This document shows positions 18,563 through 29,645 of a stretch of DNA of 32,000 nucleotides, piece by piece. The stretch comes from Synechococcus elongatus PCC 6301 (GTDB lineage: Bacteria > Cyanobacteriota > Cyanobacteriia > Synechococcales > Synechococcaceae). The notes under the pieces are model-generated. The model searched no databases. It was not told the origin of the DNA and saw only the letters and a program-made list of their open reading frames with translations. A program made the position numbers and the translations under genes. The stretch's first letter is position 1; every line of letters begins with the position of its first letter. Location: the NCBI RefSeq assembly GCF_000010065.1, contig NC_006576.1, positions 1,590,001-1,622,000 of the forward strand, given 5' to 3'.

Positions 18563-18918
18563 GGATCGATTCCTAAATTTAAGTGTCCTTTAATTCCAAT
18601 AGTAGTTAGTGGAAAAGAAGGTACGCATTAAATCATCTATGCGATTAGTTCACTTCTAAATCAGTTTTCCCTAGGGTAGAGAAGTCCATTGCTCGTCCCG
18701 CAAGGCAGCAGTCTTTATATTTCCTTTAGACTTTTACCAAAACTGCTCCTTTGACCACCTCGGGCAAACACTGCTGCCGCGATCGCCTCCTCAGTCGGCA
18801 AGAACTTGCTGCGATCGCTGAGCCTCATTTTTCGGTAAACTAAAAGATCCTTGCTTCAAACTCACTGGGTAAAACCAGCTGAAGGTTTGGAGCCCCATGA
18901 CCATAAGGATTGGTTCTG

Positions 18919-19242
18919 ATGAAGGACTTCTACTACGAGACGACGTACATCCTCCGTGCAGACTTGACGGAGGAACAAGTTGAGCAAGCGATCGCTAAGT
19001 ACCAAACGCCGCTCACCGAAGCAGGTGCAGAGGTGCAAGATACACAGCATCGCGGCAAGCGTCGTCTCGCCTACTTGATTAATAAACAGCGCGAAGGCAT
19101 CTACGTCCAAATCAACTACACCGGCGACGGCTCGCAGATTGCCCCGTTGGAGCGTGCACTGCGGTTAAGTGAAGAGGTTCTGCGGTTCTTGACGGTCAAG
19201 CAAGAAGTCCGTCCGCCCGCACCGGTCGCTGTCGAAGCCTAG
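18919..19242 (+). CDS. rpsF: 30S ribosomal protein S6
   Basis: Contains [48 protein letters not shown] and [14 protein letters not shown]. Confidence 0.95.
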
Positions 19243-19290
19243 TCAGAGACTGCAATCGCTAGGACATCAAAGTTCTGGATTCGCGTGAGA

Positions 19291-19316
19291 GCCTACTGTT
19301 TTCAGTGGGCTTTTTT
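19291..19316 (+). terminator. Rho-independent-like terminator downstream of rpsF
   Basis: GCCTACTG-TTTT-CAGTGGGC (8-bp stem with one G-T wobble) followed by TTTTTT. Confidence 0.85.
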
Positions 19317-19408
19317 GCTGAGCAAGGCCCCTAGGGGAGTCTCGATCGAGGTGCTAGAGTAATCAAAAATTTCAGCAGTCCTCGAACGTTGGAGTGGCGA
19401 TCGCTGCG

Positions 19409-19885
19409 ATGTCTCGCTTCCCCGAACCACCGCCAGAGCAGCTCTATGCAGAACTGCAGCGCCTCCAAGAAGAACTGTTGCTGCGCGATCAACTGATTCA
19501 ACAGTTATCTCACCAGCTCTACACAGAACTTGATCGGCAGGTAGCACCGGCAACTGCTTCAGAGGCTGCTGACGCGATCGCGGTTGAGTCCATTCCGATC
19601 AGCTCCGATCAACCACCAGTGGACTTACAACAGAACTATTTACAGCTCAAAGCCCGCAATCAACCGCTCGAACATCAACTCCTGCAACTACCCCAGGTTT
19701 ATCAACGCAAATTCGAAGAGCGACTGCAGCCCTTGCAAGCCCGTCTGCAGTTCCTTGAAGCAGAAAATCAACGGCTCCAAGCTCAACTAATGGATGAGCT
19801 GCCCCTACTGCCTGAAGCACCCACCCATCAACCCGTCCAGCTGCCGCTGCGCACCTACGTTCCAGACTATTCGGCCCTGCAATAA
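19409..19885 (+). CDS. Hypothetical coiled-coil-type protein
   Basis: ATG 19409 (MSRFPEPPPEQLYAELQRLQEELLLRDQLIQQLSHQL) with extended Leu/Gln/Glu heptad-like segments (LQPLQARLQFLEAENQRLQAQLMDEL). Confidence 0.6.
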   Translation: MSRFPEPPPEQLYAELQRLQEELLLRDQLIQQLSHQLYTELDRQVAPATASEAADAIAVESIPISSDQPPVDLQQNYLQLKARNQPLEHQLLQLPQVYQRKFEERLQPLQARLQFLEAENQRLQAQLMDELPLLPEAPTHQPVQLPLRTYVPDYSALQ

Positions 19886-20004
19886 TCGCTGGCCCCAAGC
19901 GCGATCGGTAGCACTCCTCGACAGCCTTGGGGGAAAAATTCAGACCCTATTGATCCCCGCAATTTTGTTATGTCCGTTACGATCTAGGCCATGCGATCGC
20001 AGAG

Positions 20005-20631
20005 ATGTCCATGCCTTTGGAATTGTTCTCCTTAGAAACGGTCCAAGACCTAGCCCACCGCTTCGGTTATGTGACTGTTTTTCTGGGGATCTTGCTTGAG
20101 AATGCAGGCATTCCGCTTCCAGGTGAAACGATCACCGTCGTTGGGGGCTTTTTGGCGGGCAGTGGGGAACTGAACCTCTCTGGGGTTTTAGCCTGCGCGA
20201 TCGGGGGCGCCATCCTCGGAGATAGCTTTGGCTACTGGCTAGGCCGCTGGGGTGGCTGGCCGCTTCTGCATCGCATGGGACAGTGGTTTCGATTTAGCGA
20301 AGTGCAGCTGATCTCAGTCCGCGATCGCTTCAGTCGCAATGCCCCCCAAGCCGTTTTTCTCGGTCGCTTCATTGCCATCCTGCGCATCTTTGCAGGTCCC
20401 CTCGCAGGCATTGCGGGCATGCCCTACCGGCGGTTTCTCTTCTACAACGCTATGGGTGCGGTGCTCTGGGGTAGCACGACTGTTTGTCTGGCCTACTTTT
20501 TGGGCCAAGTGGTGCCGCTGGAGCAAATCATGGGCTGGCTGGCCCAGCTAGGACTGTTTGCTCTCGGAGCGGTTGCCCTCGTGGTGGTGGGACAGGTGTG
20601 GTTGCACCGTCGCCAAGACCCATCGCTTTAG
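20005..20631 (+). CDS. DedA family membrane protein
   Basis: Contains GILLENAGIPLPGETITVVGGFLAGSGELN, LGDSFGYWLGR, FLGRFIAILRIFAGPLAGIAGMPYRRFLFYNAMGAVLWG. Confidence 0.92.
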   Translation: MSMPLELFSLETVQDLAHRFGYVTVFLGILLENAGIPLPGETITVVGGFLAGSGELNLSGVLACAIGGAILGDSFGYWLGRWGGWPLLHRMGQWFRFSEVQLISVRDRFSRNAPQAVFLGRFIAILRIFAGPLAGIAGMPYRRFLFYNAMGAVLWGSTTVCLAYFLGQVVPLEQIMGWLAQLGLFALGAVALVVVGQVWLHRRQDPSL

Positions 20632-20664
20632 AGCCGACTCGCCTAATCATCTTTAAAACGTAAA

Positions 20665-20689
20665 AGGCAAGGGCGATCACTCCTTGCCT
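20665..20689 (-). terminator. Stem-loop terminator candidate for argG, between convergent dedA and argG
   Basis: Perfect 8-bp stem AGGCAAGG/CCTTGCCT with a 9-nt loop. On the minus strand it is followed by TTTACGTTTTAAAG. Confidence 0.6.
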
Positions 20690-20716
20690 CCTAGGAATTT
20701 CTTGCCTGATGTAGAT

Positions 20717-21919
20717 TTAGGCGCGGTGAGTTTGCGACCAAATACGAGTTGGCATACCCCAGACGTAGATAAAGCCTTCGGCAGCTTTGTGATCGAATCG
20801 ATCCTCAGCGCCGTAGGTAGCCATGTCAGGGCTGTAGAGCGACTGCTCAGAGCTGCGGCCGACGACAGTGGCGTTGCCTTTGAATAGTCGCAGACGGACA
20901 GTACCCGTCACCCGCTGTTGAGTTTGCTGAATGAAGGCATCCAACGCTGCTTTGAGCGGGCTGTACCAGAGGCCGTTGTAGACCAAGTTAGACCAGCTAT
21001 TTTCAATGCCACGTTTGTACTGGCTGACGTCTGCAGTCAGGACAAGACTTTCCAGATCCTGGTGGGCCTGAATCAGCACCAGCAGAGCCGGAGTTTCATA
21101 GATTTCTCGGGACTTGATCCCAACCAAGCGGTTTTCGATCATGTCGATGCGGCCGATGCCATGTTCGCCGGCGATCGCATTCAGTTGTTGGATCAGCGCA
21201 ACTGGTGCCAATGCCTGACCATTGAGCGTCACCGGCAGCCCCTGATCGAAGCCCAGCTCGATGTAGGCCGGTTCATCGGGGGTGTTGGCGATCGCTTTCG
21301 TGAGGGCGTAGACCTCTTCTAGCGGCTCATGCAGCGGATCTTCCAGCGGACCCGCTTCGATGCTGCGACCTAAGAGGTTGCGATCGATGCTGTAGGGCGA
21401 AGATTTTTTGACAGGAGCCGGAATACCAAAGCGCTCACCGTAGGCGATCGTTTCCTCGCGGCTCATGCCCCATTCCCGTGCTGGTGCCAACACTTTCAGA
21501 TCTGGATTGAGTGCAGCGATCGAGACATCAAAGCGAACTTGGTCATTGCCTTTGCCTGTGCAACCGTGGGCAACGGCGTCAGCGCCATATTTGGCTGCTG
21601 CTTCAACCAAGAGCTTGGCGATCAGCGGTCGCGCCAAAGCCGTCGAGAGCGGATAGCGGCCTTCGTAGAGGGAGTTGGCTTGAATGGCTGGAAAAGCATA
21701 GTCACGGACAAACTCAGCAGTCGCATCAATGACCAGCGATTCCACTGCGCCCGAGTCGAGTGCTTTTTGGCGGATCGGCCCGAGTTCATCGCCTTGGCCA
21801 AGGTCAGCGGCCAGCGTAATCACCTCTTCAACGCCCCACTCTTGCTTGAGGTAGGGAATACAGACCGAGGTATCGACGCCTCCTGAATAGGCCAGAACCA
21901 CCCGCTTGGCGCGACCCAT
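20717..21919 (-). CDS. argG: Argininosuccinate synthase
   Basis: Contains [48 protein letters not shown] and [11 protein letters not shown]. Confidence 0.97.
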   Translation of the reverse strand: MGRAKRVVLAYSGGVDTSVCIPYLKQEWGVEEVITLAADLGQGDELGPIRQKALDSGAVESLVIDATAEFVRDYAFPAIQANSLYEGRYPLSTALARPLIAKLLVEAAAKYGADAVAHGCTGKGNDQVRFDVSIAALNPDLKVLAPAREWGMSREETIAYGERFGIPAPVKKSSPYSIDRNLLGRSIEAGPLEDPLHEPLEEVYALTKAIANTPDEPAYIELGFDQGLPVTLNGQALAPVALIQQLNAIAGEHGIGRIDMIENRLVGIKSREIYETPALLVLIQAHQDLESLVLTADVSQYKRGIENSWSNLVYNGLWYSPLKAALDAFIQQTQQRVTGTVRLRLFKGNATVVGRSSEQSLYSPDMATYGAEDRFDHKAAEGFIYVWGMPTRIWSQTHRA

Positions 21920-21936
21920 GACAATCCACTCCGCTG

Positions 21937-22347
21937 TTGAAACAGCCTTTTATTATCGCAGTTTGCCTGCGGTCTCAGAAGAAGGTCGCTATCATTGCAG
22001 GGAGCATTTTTGAGCCTTCGGCTGTGCTGACTTGGGCGATCGCAATCGCAAACGGAATTCTGGCGCTGGTGCTGTTGTGGGCAGCTGGCAAGGTCTGGCG
22101 CTTGCGCGGCTATCTGCGCCAGTGGCGGCGAGAGCTACGGCAGGTCAACCGACAGGTCAGTACGGTGCTGGCTGCAGCTCCGGCTGATTTACAGCAGGCG
22201 GCTGATCAGGTGAGCCAAAGTCGTTGGCAGTATCTACGGCTGCGGCAACTGTGGCAGCAGTGGCAACTGTTGCTGAAATTTCTGGGACTCTTGCAGCCGT
22301 GGGTTCCTCTGTTCACCCCACCGAAAAAGTCTCGGGCAGCCCAATGA
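21937..22347 (+). CDS. Small membrane-anchored hypothetical protein
   Basis: ORF with an N-terminal TM ([27 protein letters not shown]) followed by basic/Gln-rich helices. It overlaps the next gene by ATGA. The 5' start is uncertain. Confidence 0.6.
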   Translation: MKQPFIIAVCLRSQKKVAIIAGSIFEPSAVLTWAIAIANGILALVLLWAAGKVWRLRGYLRQWRRELRQVNRQVSTVLAAAPADLQQAADQVSQSRWQYLRLRQLWQQWQLLLKFLGLLQPWVPLFTPPKKSRAAQ

Positions 22348-22694
22348 CCTCTTCGCGCGACAAGTTTTGGAGTGGTGTGTTGCTGGGGGCAACCGCTGGG
22401 GCGATCGCAGCGCTCTTGACGGCTCCTCGGCGCGGCAAAGAGACTCGCGTTGTTCTTCAGCAATCCTTGGAGCATCTGCCCGAGGTCACTGCTGAAGTTA
22501 CGGAAAAGGTGCAGGAACAAGCGGAACGGCTAGGAGTCGTAGTGGGCGATCGCTGGGGCACGGTGCGTGGGCGTCTGAAACAGGCTTGGCGATCGGGTGT
22601 GGCGGCAGCCAAACAGGAATGCCAAACGACGACGATCGCGGCGGAATCCGTCAGTGAGCATGAGTCCTCTAGCCCCGATCAGTCGGCCTCATGA
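22344..22694 (+). CDS. YtxH-like protein
   Basis: ATG 22344 gives [35 protein letters not shown], the YtxH signature. Overlaps its neighbours by ATGA on both sides. Confidence 0.8.
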   Translation: MTSSRDKFWSGVLLGATAGAIAALLTAPRRGKETRVVLQQSLEHLPEVTAEVTEKVQEQAERLGVVVGDRWGTVRGRLKQAWRSGVAAAKQECQTTTIAAESVSEHESSSPDQSAS

Positions 22695-23104
22695 CGCCCA
22701 TTTTCTGGCTGGGGATTTCCTTTTTATTAGTTGCTTCCAGCTTGTCAGTACTGCTCTGGGTGGCCGTTCCAGCCGTGCAAGAACTGGCTCGAACGGCTCG
22801 GAGTGCGCAGCGCCTGTTGGATATGCTCTCCCGTGAACTGCCACCAACGCTAGAAGCCATGCGGCTGACTGGCCTAGAAGTGAGTGAGCTAACGGATGAG
22901 ATGAGTGAAAGCATCCGCAGTGCGGGTTCTGTGGTCAAGCAACTGGATGCAGGACTACAGGGCGTGCGGGAGCAAGCCACGAATGCTCAGCGCACGACTC
23001 GCAGTTTGACGGCAGGAGTCAAAGCCGCCTGGCGATCGCTCCACGCCGCGCAGCCCTCTACCAACAATCGCTCCAGTTCTGTACCAGATTCAAAAGATCG
23101 TTAG
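22691..23104 (+). CDS. DUF948-like membrane-anchored protein
   Basis: N-terminal TM (FWLGISFLLVASSLSVLLWVAV) followed by coiled-coil-like LDMLSRELPPTLEAMRLTGLEVSELTDEMSESIRSAG. Confidence 0.7.
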   Translation: MTPIFWLGISFLLVASSLSVLLWVAVPAVQELARTARSAQRLLDMLSRELPPTLEAMRLTGLEVSELTDEMSESIRSAGSVVKQLDAGLQGVREQATNAQRTTRSLTAGVKAAWRSLHAAQPSTNNRSSSVPDSKDR

Positions 23105-23176
23105 CGCAGACGCTGCAGTTCTCAGCACTTGCCAGCAGAATGAGCGGCAGCGTTTGTCGTTGCGCTCTCAATCCTG

Positions 23177-24772
23177 ATGCTCAATCGCGATCGCCCTCGC
23201 TGGTTTGTCGGGCAAGACTTGGATGGATTCCTCGGTCTGGCCCTCGATAACCTGATTCAAATTCTGCTGATCCTTGGGCTCTGCCAAGGCTTACTGGGCT
23301 ATCCACCCAGCTTGGTCTATGAACGGATTTTGCCTGCGATCGCCCTCAGCTTGATTGTCGGCAACGTGTACTACAGCTGGCTAGCCTACCGCTTGGATGA
23401 GCAGGAGGGCACGAGCGATCGCACGGCGATTCCCTACGGCATCAACACCGTCAGCCTGTTTGCTTACGTCTTCTTGGTGATGCTGCCCGTCAAACTCGCA
23501 GCTCTCAGTCAAGGGTTATCGGAAGAAGCCGCGATCGAAGCCTCATGGGCGGCAGGGCTGGTAGCTTGCCTAGGCTCAGGCTTGATCGAACTGTTTGGCG
23601 CATGGGTCAGCGATCCCCTACGGCGTTGGCTGCCGCGAGCCGCGCTGCTTTCGACCTTGGCCGGAATTGCGATCACCTTCATCGCCTTAGGCTTCCTGTT
23701 CCGAACCTACGCCCATCCGATCGTCGGATTGGTGCCCTTTGGCGTGATTTTGCTGACCTACTTCGGTCGGATGAAATTTCCGATTCCCGGCGGTCTGCTC
23801 GCGGTTCTCTTGGGCACTGCTTTGGCCTGGATCACTGGTCTTTCCCGCTGGGACAGCACTAACTTTGAGCTGGCACTGCAACCAATTGGCTGGCATGGCC
23901 CTAACTTTTACCTTGCCGCTATCTGGGAATCGCGATCGATTTTGCTCTCGCAGCTGAGCGTGATTCTGCCAATGGGACTCTTTAATCTCGTCGGCAGTCT
24001 ACAAAACCTCGAAAGTGCAGAAGCAGCGGGCGATCGCTATCCGACGAAACCCTGTCTCGCGGCCAACGGCATTGGGACGTTAGTGGCAGCATTCTGCGGC
24101 TCCTGTTTCCCGACCACAATCTATATCGGCCACCCCGGCTGGAAGGCTCTAGGAGCCAAGGTGGGCTATTCCTGGCTGAATGGATTGGTGATGGGCGCGA
24201 TTTGTTTGACTGGCACCATCGGCCTGCTTTCCTACTTCATTCCGATCGATGCGGGCATGGCGATCGTGCTCTGGATTGGCATCGTGATCAGCGCCCAAAG
24301 TTTTCAAACAACACCAATCGCCCATGCACCCGCCGTGGTCGTTGGCCTCATGCCGGGCATTGCCGCTTGGGGTGCCCAGACGATTAAAACCAGTCTGCGC
24401 ATCGCTGGTTTGGGAACGACTGAAAGACCCTTTAGCGCTGCGTTGATCGAACCGTTTCAGCGCCAAGACCTCTACTTGTCAGGAGTTTTGGCTTTAGAGC
24501 AAGGGCAAATTTTTTCGGCCATGTTGTTGGCAGCGATGACGGTCTACATCATCGATCGCCAGTTCGGTTGGGCGGCCCTCTGTAGTCTGATTGCAGCAGT
24601 ACTCAGTTGGATCGGCCTGATCCACAGTTACGAATGGATTACCTCAGACACGGTGATTCAGCTAGGTTGGGGAGCCGGTAGTGAATGGGCGATCGGTTAT
24701 GCGCTGCTCAGTCTTTTGCTGTTTTACGCCGCTTGGCAACATCCGCGATCGCAGCCTGCACTCAAGGAGTAG
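23177..24772 (+). CDS. NCS2-like permease (xanthine/uracil/vitamin C permease superfamily)
   Basis: Polytopic protein with [98 protein letters not shown]. Confidence 0.8.
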   Translation: MLNRDRPRWFVGQDLDGFLGLALDNLIQILLILGLCQGLLGYPPSLVYERILPAIALSLIVGNVYYSWLAYRLDEQEGTSDRTAIPYGINTVSLFAYVFLVMLPVKLAALSQGLSEEAAIEASWAAGLVACLGSGLIELFGAWVSDPLRRWLPRAALLSTLAGIAITFIALGFLFRTYAHPIVGLVPFGVILLTYFGRMKFPIPGGLLAVLLGTALAWITGLSRWDSTNFELALQPIGWHGPNFYLAAIWESRSILLSQLSVILPMGLFNLVGSLQNLESAEAAGDRYPTKPCLAANGIGTLVAAFCGSCFPTTIYIGHPGWKALGAKVGYSWLNGLVMGAICLTGTIGLLSYFIPIDAGMAIVLWIGIVISAQSFQTTPIAHAPAVVVGLMPGIAAWGAQTIKTSLRIAGLGTTERPFSAALIEPFQRQDLYLSGVLALEQGQIFSAMLLAAMTVYIIDRQFGWAALCSLIAAVLSWIGLIHSYEWITSDTVIQLGWGAGSEWAIGYALLSLLLFYAAWQHPRSQPALKE

Positions 24773-24805
24773 AGCTGCGATCGCCTGTGGATATCTGTAA
24801 TCGAC

Positions 24806-26287
24806 TTAGGCCGTTACAGTTTCGAGCATCAGCTTCGATCGCTTGATCTCCTCGGGAATTGCGATCGGGTAGCGACCGTTAAAGCAAGCCGTGCAGAAGT
24901 TACCAATACTTTCTCGGGTCGCCTCCAGCATTCCCTGCTCCGTCAGGTAAGCCAGAGAATCGACACCAATCTGCTCAGTGATTTCACTGACCGATCGCGT
25001 GGCAGCAATCAGCTGATCTTGGGTGTCGGTATCAATGCCGTAGAAGCAGGGATGCGTCACAGGCGGTGAAGAAATCCGCATATGCACTTCCGTTGCACCC
25101 GCATCCCGCAGAGCTTTGACCAGTTTGCGGCTGGTTGTTCCCCGCACGATCGAATCGTCAATGATGGCAATGCGTTTGCCCGCTAAGACATCCTTGAGAG
25201 GGTTGAGCTTCATGCGAATGCCCGTTTCCCGCATCGATTGGGTGGGCTGGATGAACGTCCGCCCCACGTAGCGGTTTTTGATTAACCCTTCGGCGTAGGG
25301 AATGCCCAGCGCTTCAGAAAAACCAATCGCAGCCGGAATACCGGAGTCAGGCACACCCAGCACGAGGTCAACATCCGCCGGAGCTTCCTTGGCTAAGCGT
25401 TGGCCGATGCGGCGGCGATAGCTGTAAAGCGACTCGCCGTGAAAGAGGCTATCAGGCCGCGCAAAGTAAATCATCTCGAAGACGCAGAGCTTCGGCTGCG
25501 GCGCCTCGGCCCAAGTCCAGCTTTCCAGACCTGCATCTGTAATCCGCACCATTTCACCCGGTGCGATATCGCGCACGTAGTCCGCACCAATGATGTCGAG
25601 ACCGCAGGTTTCAGAAGAAAGCACATAGCGCGTTTGGCCATTGCTCTCCAGCGTGCCCAGCACAAGCGGCCTAATGCCATTGGGGTCACGGGTGCCGTAG
25701 AGTGCCTCAGGAGTGCCGATCGTCAGGCTAAAGGCTCCTTGGCTGCGGCGGCAGGCAGACTCGATCGCCCCGCGCCAGTCCTGGCCTTCTGCCACTGCTT
25801 CCATGATCGCGAAGGCAATCAGTTCTGAATCGGTGGTGGTCGTCAGCTCGTGGTTCTTAGCTAGCAGCTCTTGGCGCAACTCAACCGTGTTGACCAAGTT
25901 GCCGTTGTGCGCCAAGGCCACCGGCCCAAGGCGGGTTTCCAGCAACGCCGGTTGAGCGTTGGCAATACGGCTTGATCCCGTGGTGGAGTAGCGGGTATGA
26001 CCGACCGCAAGGCTGCCTTGCAGTTGCTGCAGGATTTCGGGATCAAAGACTTGGGAGACCAAGCCCATGTCCTTGTGGAGCATGACGCGATCGCCTTCAA
26101 AGACGGCGATGCCAGCAGACTCTTGTCCACGATGCTGGAGCGCGTACAGCCCGAAATAGGCCATGCGCGCCACTTCTTCGCCCGGTGCGTAGAGGGCAAA
26201 AACCCCACAGGCTTCTTCGGGGCGGTCAGGTCGCTCCAGGCCCAAATCGCAATCCAGGTCGGCGGTCAGCGGCTGAGTCGGGATCAT
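24806..26287 (-). CDS. purF: Amidophosphoribosyltransferase
   Basis: Short propeptide, then CGVFALYAPGEEVARMAYFGLYALQHRGQESAGIAV, RPLVLG, GVPDSGIPAAIGFSE and IAIIDDSIVRGTTSRKLV. Confidence 0.97.
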   Translation of the reverse strand: MIPTQPLTADLDCDLGLERPDRPEEACGVFALYAPGEEVARMAYFGLYALQHRGQESAGIAVFEGDRVMLHKDMGLVSQVFDPEILQQLQGSLAVGHTRYSTTGSSRIANAQPALLETRLGPVALAHNGNLVNTVELRQELLAKNHELTTTTDSELIAFAIMEAVAEGQDWRGAIESACRRSQGAFSLTIGTPEALYGTRDPNGIRPLVLGTLESNGQTRYVLSSETCGLDIIGADYVRDIAPGEMVRITDAGLESWTWAEAPQPKLCVFEMIYFARPDSLFHGESLYSYRRRIGQRLAKEAPADVDLVLGVPDSGIPAAIGFSEALGIPYAEGLIKNRYVGRTFIQPTQSMRETGIRMKLNPLKDVLAGKRIAIIDDSIVRGTTSRKLVKALRDAGATEVHMRISSPPVTHPCFYGIDTDTQDQLIAATRSVSEITEQIGVDSLAYLTEQGMLEATRESIGNFCTACFNGRYPIAIPEEIKRSKLMLETVTA

Positions 26288-26371
26288 GCCCTTGCAGAGC
26301 TCCTGATTGGCAAAAAGATGGCCAGCGTTGTAGCGGCTAATGCAAATTTAACAATGACTTAACCCTAGCGG

Positions 26372-28705
26372 TTAGTCTTTAGCCAAACGACGTTCGATCG
26401 CCCCGCCCCAAGTCTGCTGGAGCTGATCGACGGAAAGCTGGACGAGGGGCTGGTTTCCAGCGGCGATCGCCAGTCCAGCATCGGCTTCAGTAACCGTGCC
26501 GATCGCTTGCCAAGCTGCCGGAATTTGTGCCTGTAGCTCGGCTTCCCAAACCGCGACATGTGCCGGATCGACGGAAACAAGGATCCGCGCACCGCCCTCG
26601 GCAAATAGCAACCAGTCGGGACGATGGCCAACCAGTTCACCCAGATTGACCCGAGCACCGAGGGAACCTGCGATCGCCGATTCCGCGATCGCCACAGCCA
26701 AGCCGCCTTCCGCACTGTCGTGGGCCGATCGAATCCAGCCTTGGTGAATGCCAAGACGACAGACCGCCTGCACCCGCCGCTCTAGATCAAAATCGATCCG
26801 AGGCGGCAGCCCCGCTACGGTTTGATGGGCGATCGCGAGATATTCACTCCCCCCCAAACTGAGGCGATCGTCAGCCGCTTGGGTTGGCAGACCAAGCAGA
26901 TAGAGGCGATCGCCAACGGATTGGAAACCCTGACCACAGACGCGATCGAGGTTGGGCACCAAGCCGACCATGCCGACCACCGGCGTCGGGTAAATCGGCT
27001 GGGGTTTCCCGTCTGAATCCAGCGTTTCGTTATAGAGCGAGACGTTGCCGCCCGTCACTGGCGTGGAAAATTCGCGGCAGGCTTCCGAGAGACCCCGACA
27101 AGCTTCCGCCAACTGCCAGTAGCCGATCGGCTTCTCAGGGCTACCGAAGTTGAGGTTATCGGTCACAGCTAGCGGCTCAGCACCAACACAGCTGAGGTTG
27201 CGGGCCGCCTCTGCAACCGCTGCTTTTGCCCCCTCGTAGGGCTGCAGGTAGCAGTAACGAGCATTGCAGTCGGTGGTGGCTGCCACACCCTTGTTGGAGG
27301 TTTTCAGCGCAGCAGCGCCCATCTGCGGTCGTAACCGCACCACAGCGGCATCTGCTGCCCCCGGCAAGACAACCGTGTTGTTCTGGACTTGGTGGTCGTA
27401 CTGGCGATAGACCCAGCGCTTAGAGGCGATCGTGGGGCTATCCAGCAGAGTCAGCAGCAAATCATTCCAACTGCGATCACCACAGCCAACTTCGGTAGCT
27501 GCCGGAAGCTGATCAATCGTCCACTGCCAAGCCTGTTGAGCGTAAGCAGGCGGTTCGTCGGGGAGTTGCCGGTGATAGATCGGCGTGTTGTCGGAGAGGG
27601 CAGTAGCGGGAATTTCCGCTGCGATCGCGCCTTGCCAGAAAATCCGCACGATCGGCTCAGCGATGATTTTGCCAGCGACGACCGCTTGCAGCCCCCAGCG
27701 ATGGAAGATGTCGATTAGCTCTTGCTCGCGACCAGCTGCAGCCACGAACAGCATCCGTTCCTGGGATTCCGAGAGCAGATACTCGTAGGGCACCATGCCG
27801 CTTTCGCGCACGGGAATCAGGTCCAGATCCAGCTCAACGCCGACACCACCTTTGGCCGCCATTTCTGCCGTGGAGCAGGTCAGCCCCGCCGCACCCATGT
27901 CCTGCGCAGCAACAACAGCACCTGTTTTGAACGCTTCTAAGCAAGCTTCAATCAGCGATTTTTCGAGGAAGGGATCACCAACCTGCACCGCGGGGCGATC
28001 ATCCAGCGATTCATCGCTCAGCTCAGCGCTGGCAAAGCTGGCCCCCCCCATGCCGTCGCGACCGGTTGTGGAGCCGACATACAGCACCGGATTACCAATG
28101 CCTGAAGCACCTGCTTTGACAATCTCGTCGGTTTCCATCAGCCCCAAGGCCATGGCATTCACCAAGGGATTGCCGTTGTAAGCCGGGTCAAAGGCGACTT
28201 CACCACCCACCGTCGGCACGCCGACGCAGTTGCCGTAGTGGCTAATTCCCGAGACCACGCCGTGGAACAGTCGCCGCGTTCGGGGTTGCTCGAGGTCGCC
28301 AAAGCGCAGGGAGTTGAGAATCGCGATCGGGCGAGCTCCCATCGTGAAAATATCGCGGAGAATACCGCCTACACCCGTTGCTGCCCCTTGGAACGGCTCT
28401 ACAGCAGAGGGGTGATTGTGAGACTCGACTTTGAAGGCCAGATGCAGTCCATCACCCAGATCGACAACACCGGCATTCTCACCAGGACCAACGAGGATAC
28501 GCAGGCCCTCTGTCGGAAATTGACTGAGCAGCGGTCGTGAGTTTTTGTAGCAACAATGCTCTGACCACATCACGCCGAACATTCCTAGCTCGGCTTTGTT
28601 GGGGTGCCGACCCAGTCGCTCGACGATCGCATCGTACTCCTCGGGTTTGATGCCCTCACCAGCAATTTCATCGGCCGAAAAAGGAGCAGAGGAGATCGCC
28701 GTCAT
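26372..28705 (-). CDS. purL: Phosphoribosylformylglycinamidine synthase subunit PurL
   Basis: Contains [71 protein letters not shown] and [15 protein letters not shown]. Confidence 0.97.
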   Translation of the reverse strand: MTAISSAPFSADEIAGEGIKPEEYDAIVERLGRHPNKAELGMFGVMWSEHCCYKNSRPLLSQFPTEGLRILVGPGENAGVVDLGDGLHLAFKVESHNHPSAVEPFQGAATGVGGILRDIFTMGARPIAILNSLRFGDLEQPRTRRLFHGVVSGISHYGNCVGVPTVGGEVAFDPAYNGNPLVNAMALGLMETDEIVKAGASGIGNPVLYVGSTTGRDGMGGASFASAELSDESLDDRPAVQVGDPFLEKSLIEACLEAFKTGAVVAAQDMGAAGLTCSTAEMAAKGGVGVELDLDLIPVRESGMVPYEYLLSESQERMLFVAAAGREQELIDIFHRWGLQAVVAGKIIAEPIVRIFWQGAIAAEIPATALSDNTPIYHRQLPDEPPAYAQQAWQWTIDQLPAATEVGCGDRSWNDLLLTLLDSPTIASKRWVYRQYDHQVQNNTVVLPGAADAAVVRLRPQMGAAALKTSNKGVAATTDCNARYCYLQPYEGAKAAVAEAARNLSCVGAEPLAVTDNLNFGSPEKPIGYWQLAEACRGLSEACREFSTPVTGGNVSLYNETLDSDGKPQPIYPTPVVGMVGLVPNLDRVCGQGFQSVGDRLYLLGLPTQAADDRLSLGGSEYLAIAHQTVAGLPPRIDFDLERRVQAVCRLGIHQGWIRSAHDSAEGGLAVAIAESAIAGSLGARVNLGELVGHRPDWLLFAEGGARILVSVDPAHVAVWEAELQAQIPAAWQAIGTVTEADAGLAIAAGNQPLVQLSVDQLQQTWGGAIERRLAKD

Positions 28706-28748
28706 GGCTTTGGAATTCCCGCAGAAGTCGTCCTTAATTGTATCGGCG

Positions 28749-29621
28749 TTAGACCCACGGGTCGTCGTCGTCCCAAGCCTCGGGCGGAATCAGGGGCTGT
28801 GCTGGCGGGGCGATCGCGGCTGATTTAGGGCGCAATTCCGGCAATGGCTGTAAAGCGGTCTCCGCCGCATCCCAATCTTCCTCATCCTCTGCGATCGCGG
28901 TGAGAGGCTGTGGGGTGGCATCCTCCCAATCCAAGGGCTGCTGGACTTGCTCCCGCACTTCTTGGACTTGCGCTAATACTTCCTGCGCTTGTTCCTTGAC
29001 CTTGCTGACTTGCAGCTTCAGCTCTTGCTTCCAGTGGCGCGCCCGCTGGCGTAGATCGCCCAACAGATGCCGATAGTCCGGTTCGGAACCAGCAACCGCT
29101 TCCGTCAATCCCGCTTCATAGACCGGCAGCGTTTCTGGATCGAGTTCCGCCACCAAAACCCGCGCTTGGCCATAGCTCAAGACCAGCTGCGGGTCGAGAT
29201 CCCAAAGCATGCCAGCCACACCCCGCCAACCGTGGGGGCTAACCAGATAGGCGCTGATGTAGCCCGTCTGACGATCGAAGCGGCAATCAACAATTTTGCC
29301 GACATGCAAACCGGCATCGGTCCAGACTTCGTGTTGGAGGAGTGATTCGAGGCGATCGACTTTCTCGGGATTGGCAGGCTGTGGCGCTGCTTCTAACACC
29401 ACGCTGTCATCGCCGAGGGCATGGAGTTGATCGAGCCGAAAGGCAGAAAACTCTCCACGAATGAGCCCTTGCTTGCAGAGAAACCCCAAAACGCGATGGG
29501 CTGGCGGATGCATCCAGACGCGATCGATGCGGCCATGTTCATCCGTGGTTTGGCGATCAAGAACTTGTCGATTGAGAAGGTCGCTAACCCGCAGTTCTTC
29601 AGGCTGGTCGGACATTGCCAC
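28749..29621 (-). CDS. PRC-barrel-like domain protein with an acidic/proline-rich C-terminal tail
   Basis: Two barrel-like repeats ([27 protein letters not shown]..., [23 protein letters not shown]...) followed by a charged helix and the DDDDPWV terminus. Confidence 0.7.
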   Translation of the reverse strand: MAMSDQPEELRVSDLLNRQVLDRQTTDEHGRIDRVWMHPPAHRVLGFLCKQGLIRGEFSAFRLDQLHALGDDSVVLEAAPQPANPEKVDRLESLLQHEVWTDAGLHVGKIVDCRFDRQTGYISAYLVSPHGWRGVAGMLWDLDPQLVLSYGQARVLVAELDPETLPVYEAGLTEAVAGSEPDYRHLLGDLRQRARHWKQELKLQVSKVKEQAQEVLAQVQEVREQVQQPLDWEDATPQPLTAIAEDEEDWDAAETALQPLPELRPKSAAIAPPAQPLIPPEAWDDDDPWV

Positions 29622-29645
29622 GGTGAGAAAAAGGGGATCTCAACT

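Noticed and set aside
19302-19553. 83-aa minus-strand ORF downstream of rpsF
   Set aside because: It spans the region just past the rpsF terminator and the start of the 19409 gene on the opposite strand, with no homology-like motif.
20918-21322. 134-aa plus-strand ORF inside argG (and 21539..21886)
   Set aside because: Both are antisense to argG and composition-driven.
25400-25828. 142-aa plus-strand ORF inside purF
   Set aside because: Antisense shadow ORF of a well-conserved enzyme, with no motif support.
26365-26754. 129-aa minus-strand ORF overlapping the purL 3' end
   Set aside because: An alternate-frame ORF nested in the purL coding sequence, where the purL frame clearly carries conserved sequence to its stop.
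27795-28181. 128-aa plus-strand ORF inside purL
   Set aside because: Low-complexity Ser/Pro-rich translation antisense to conserved PurL motifs.
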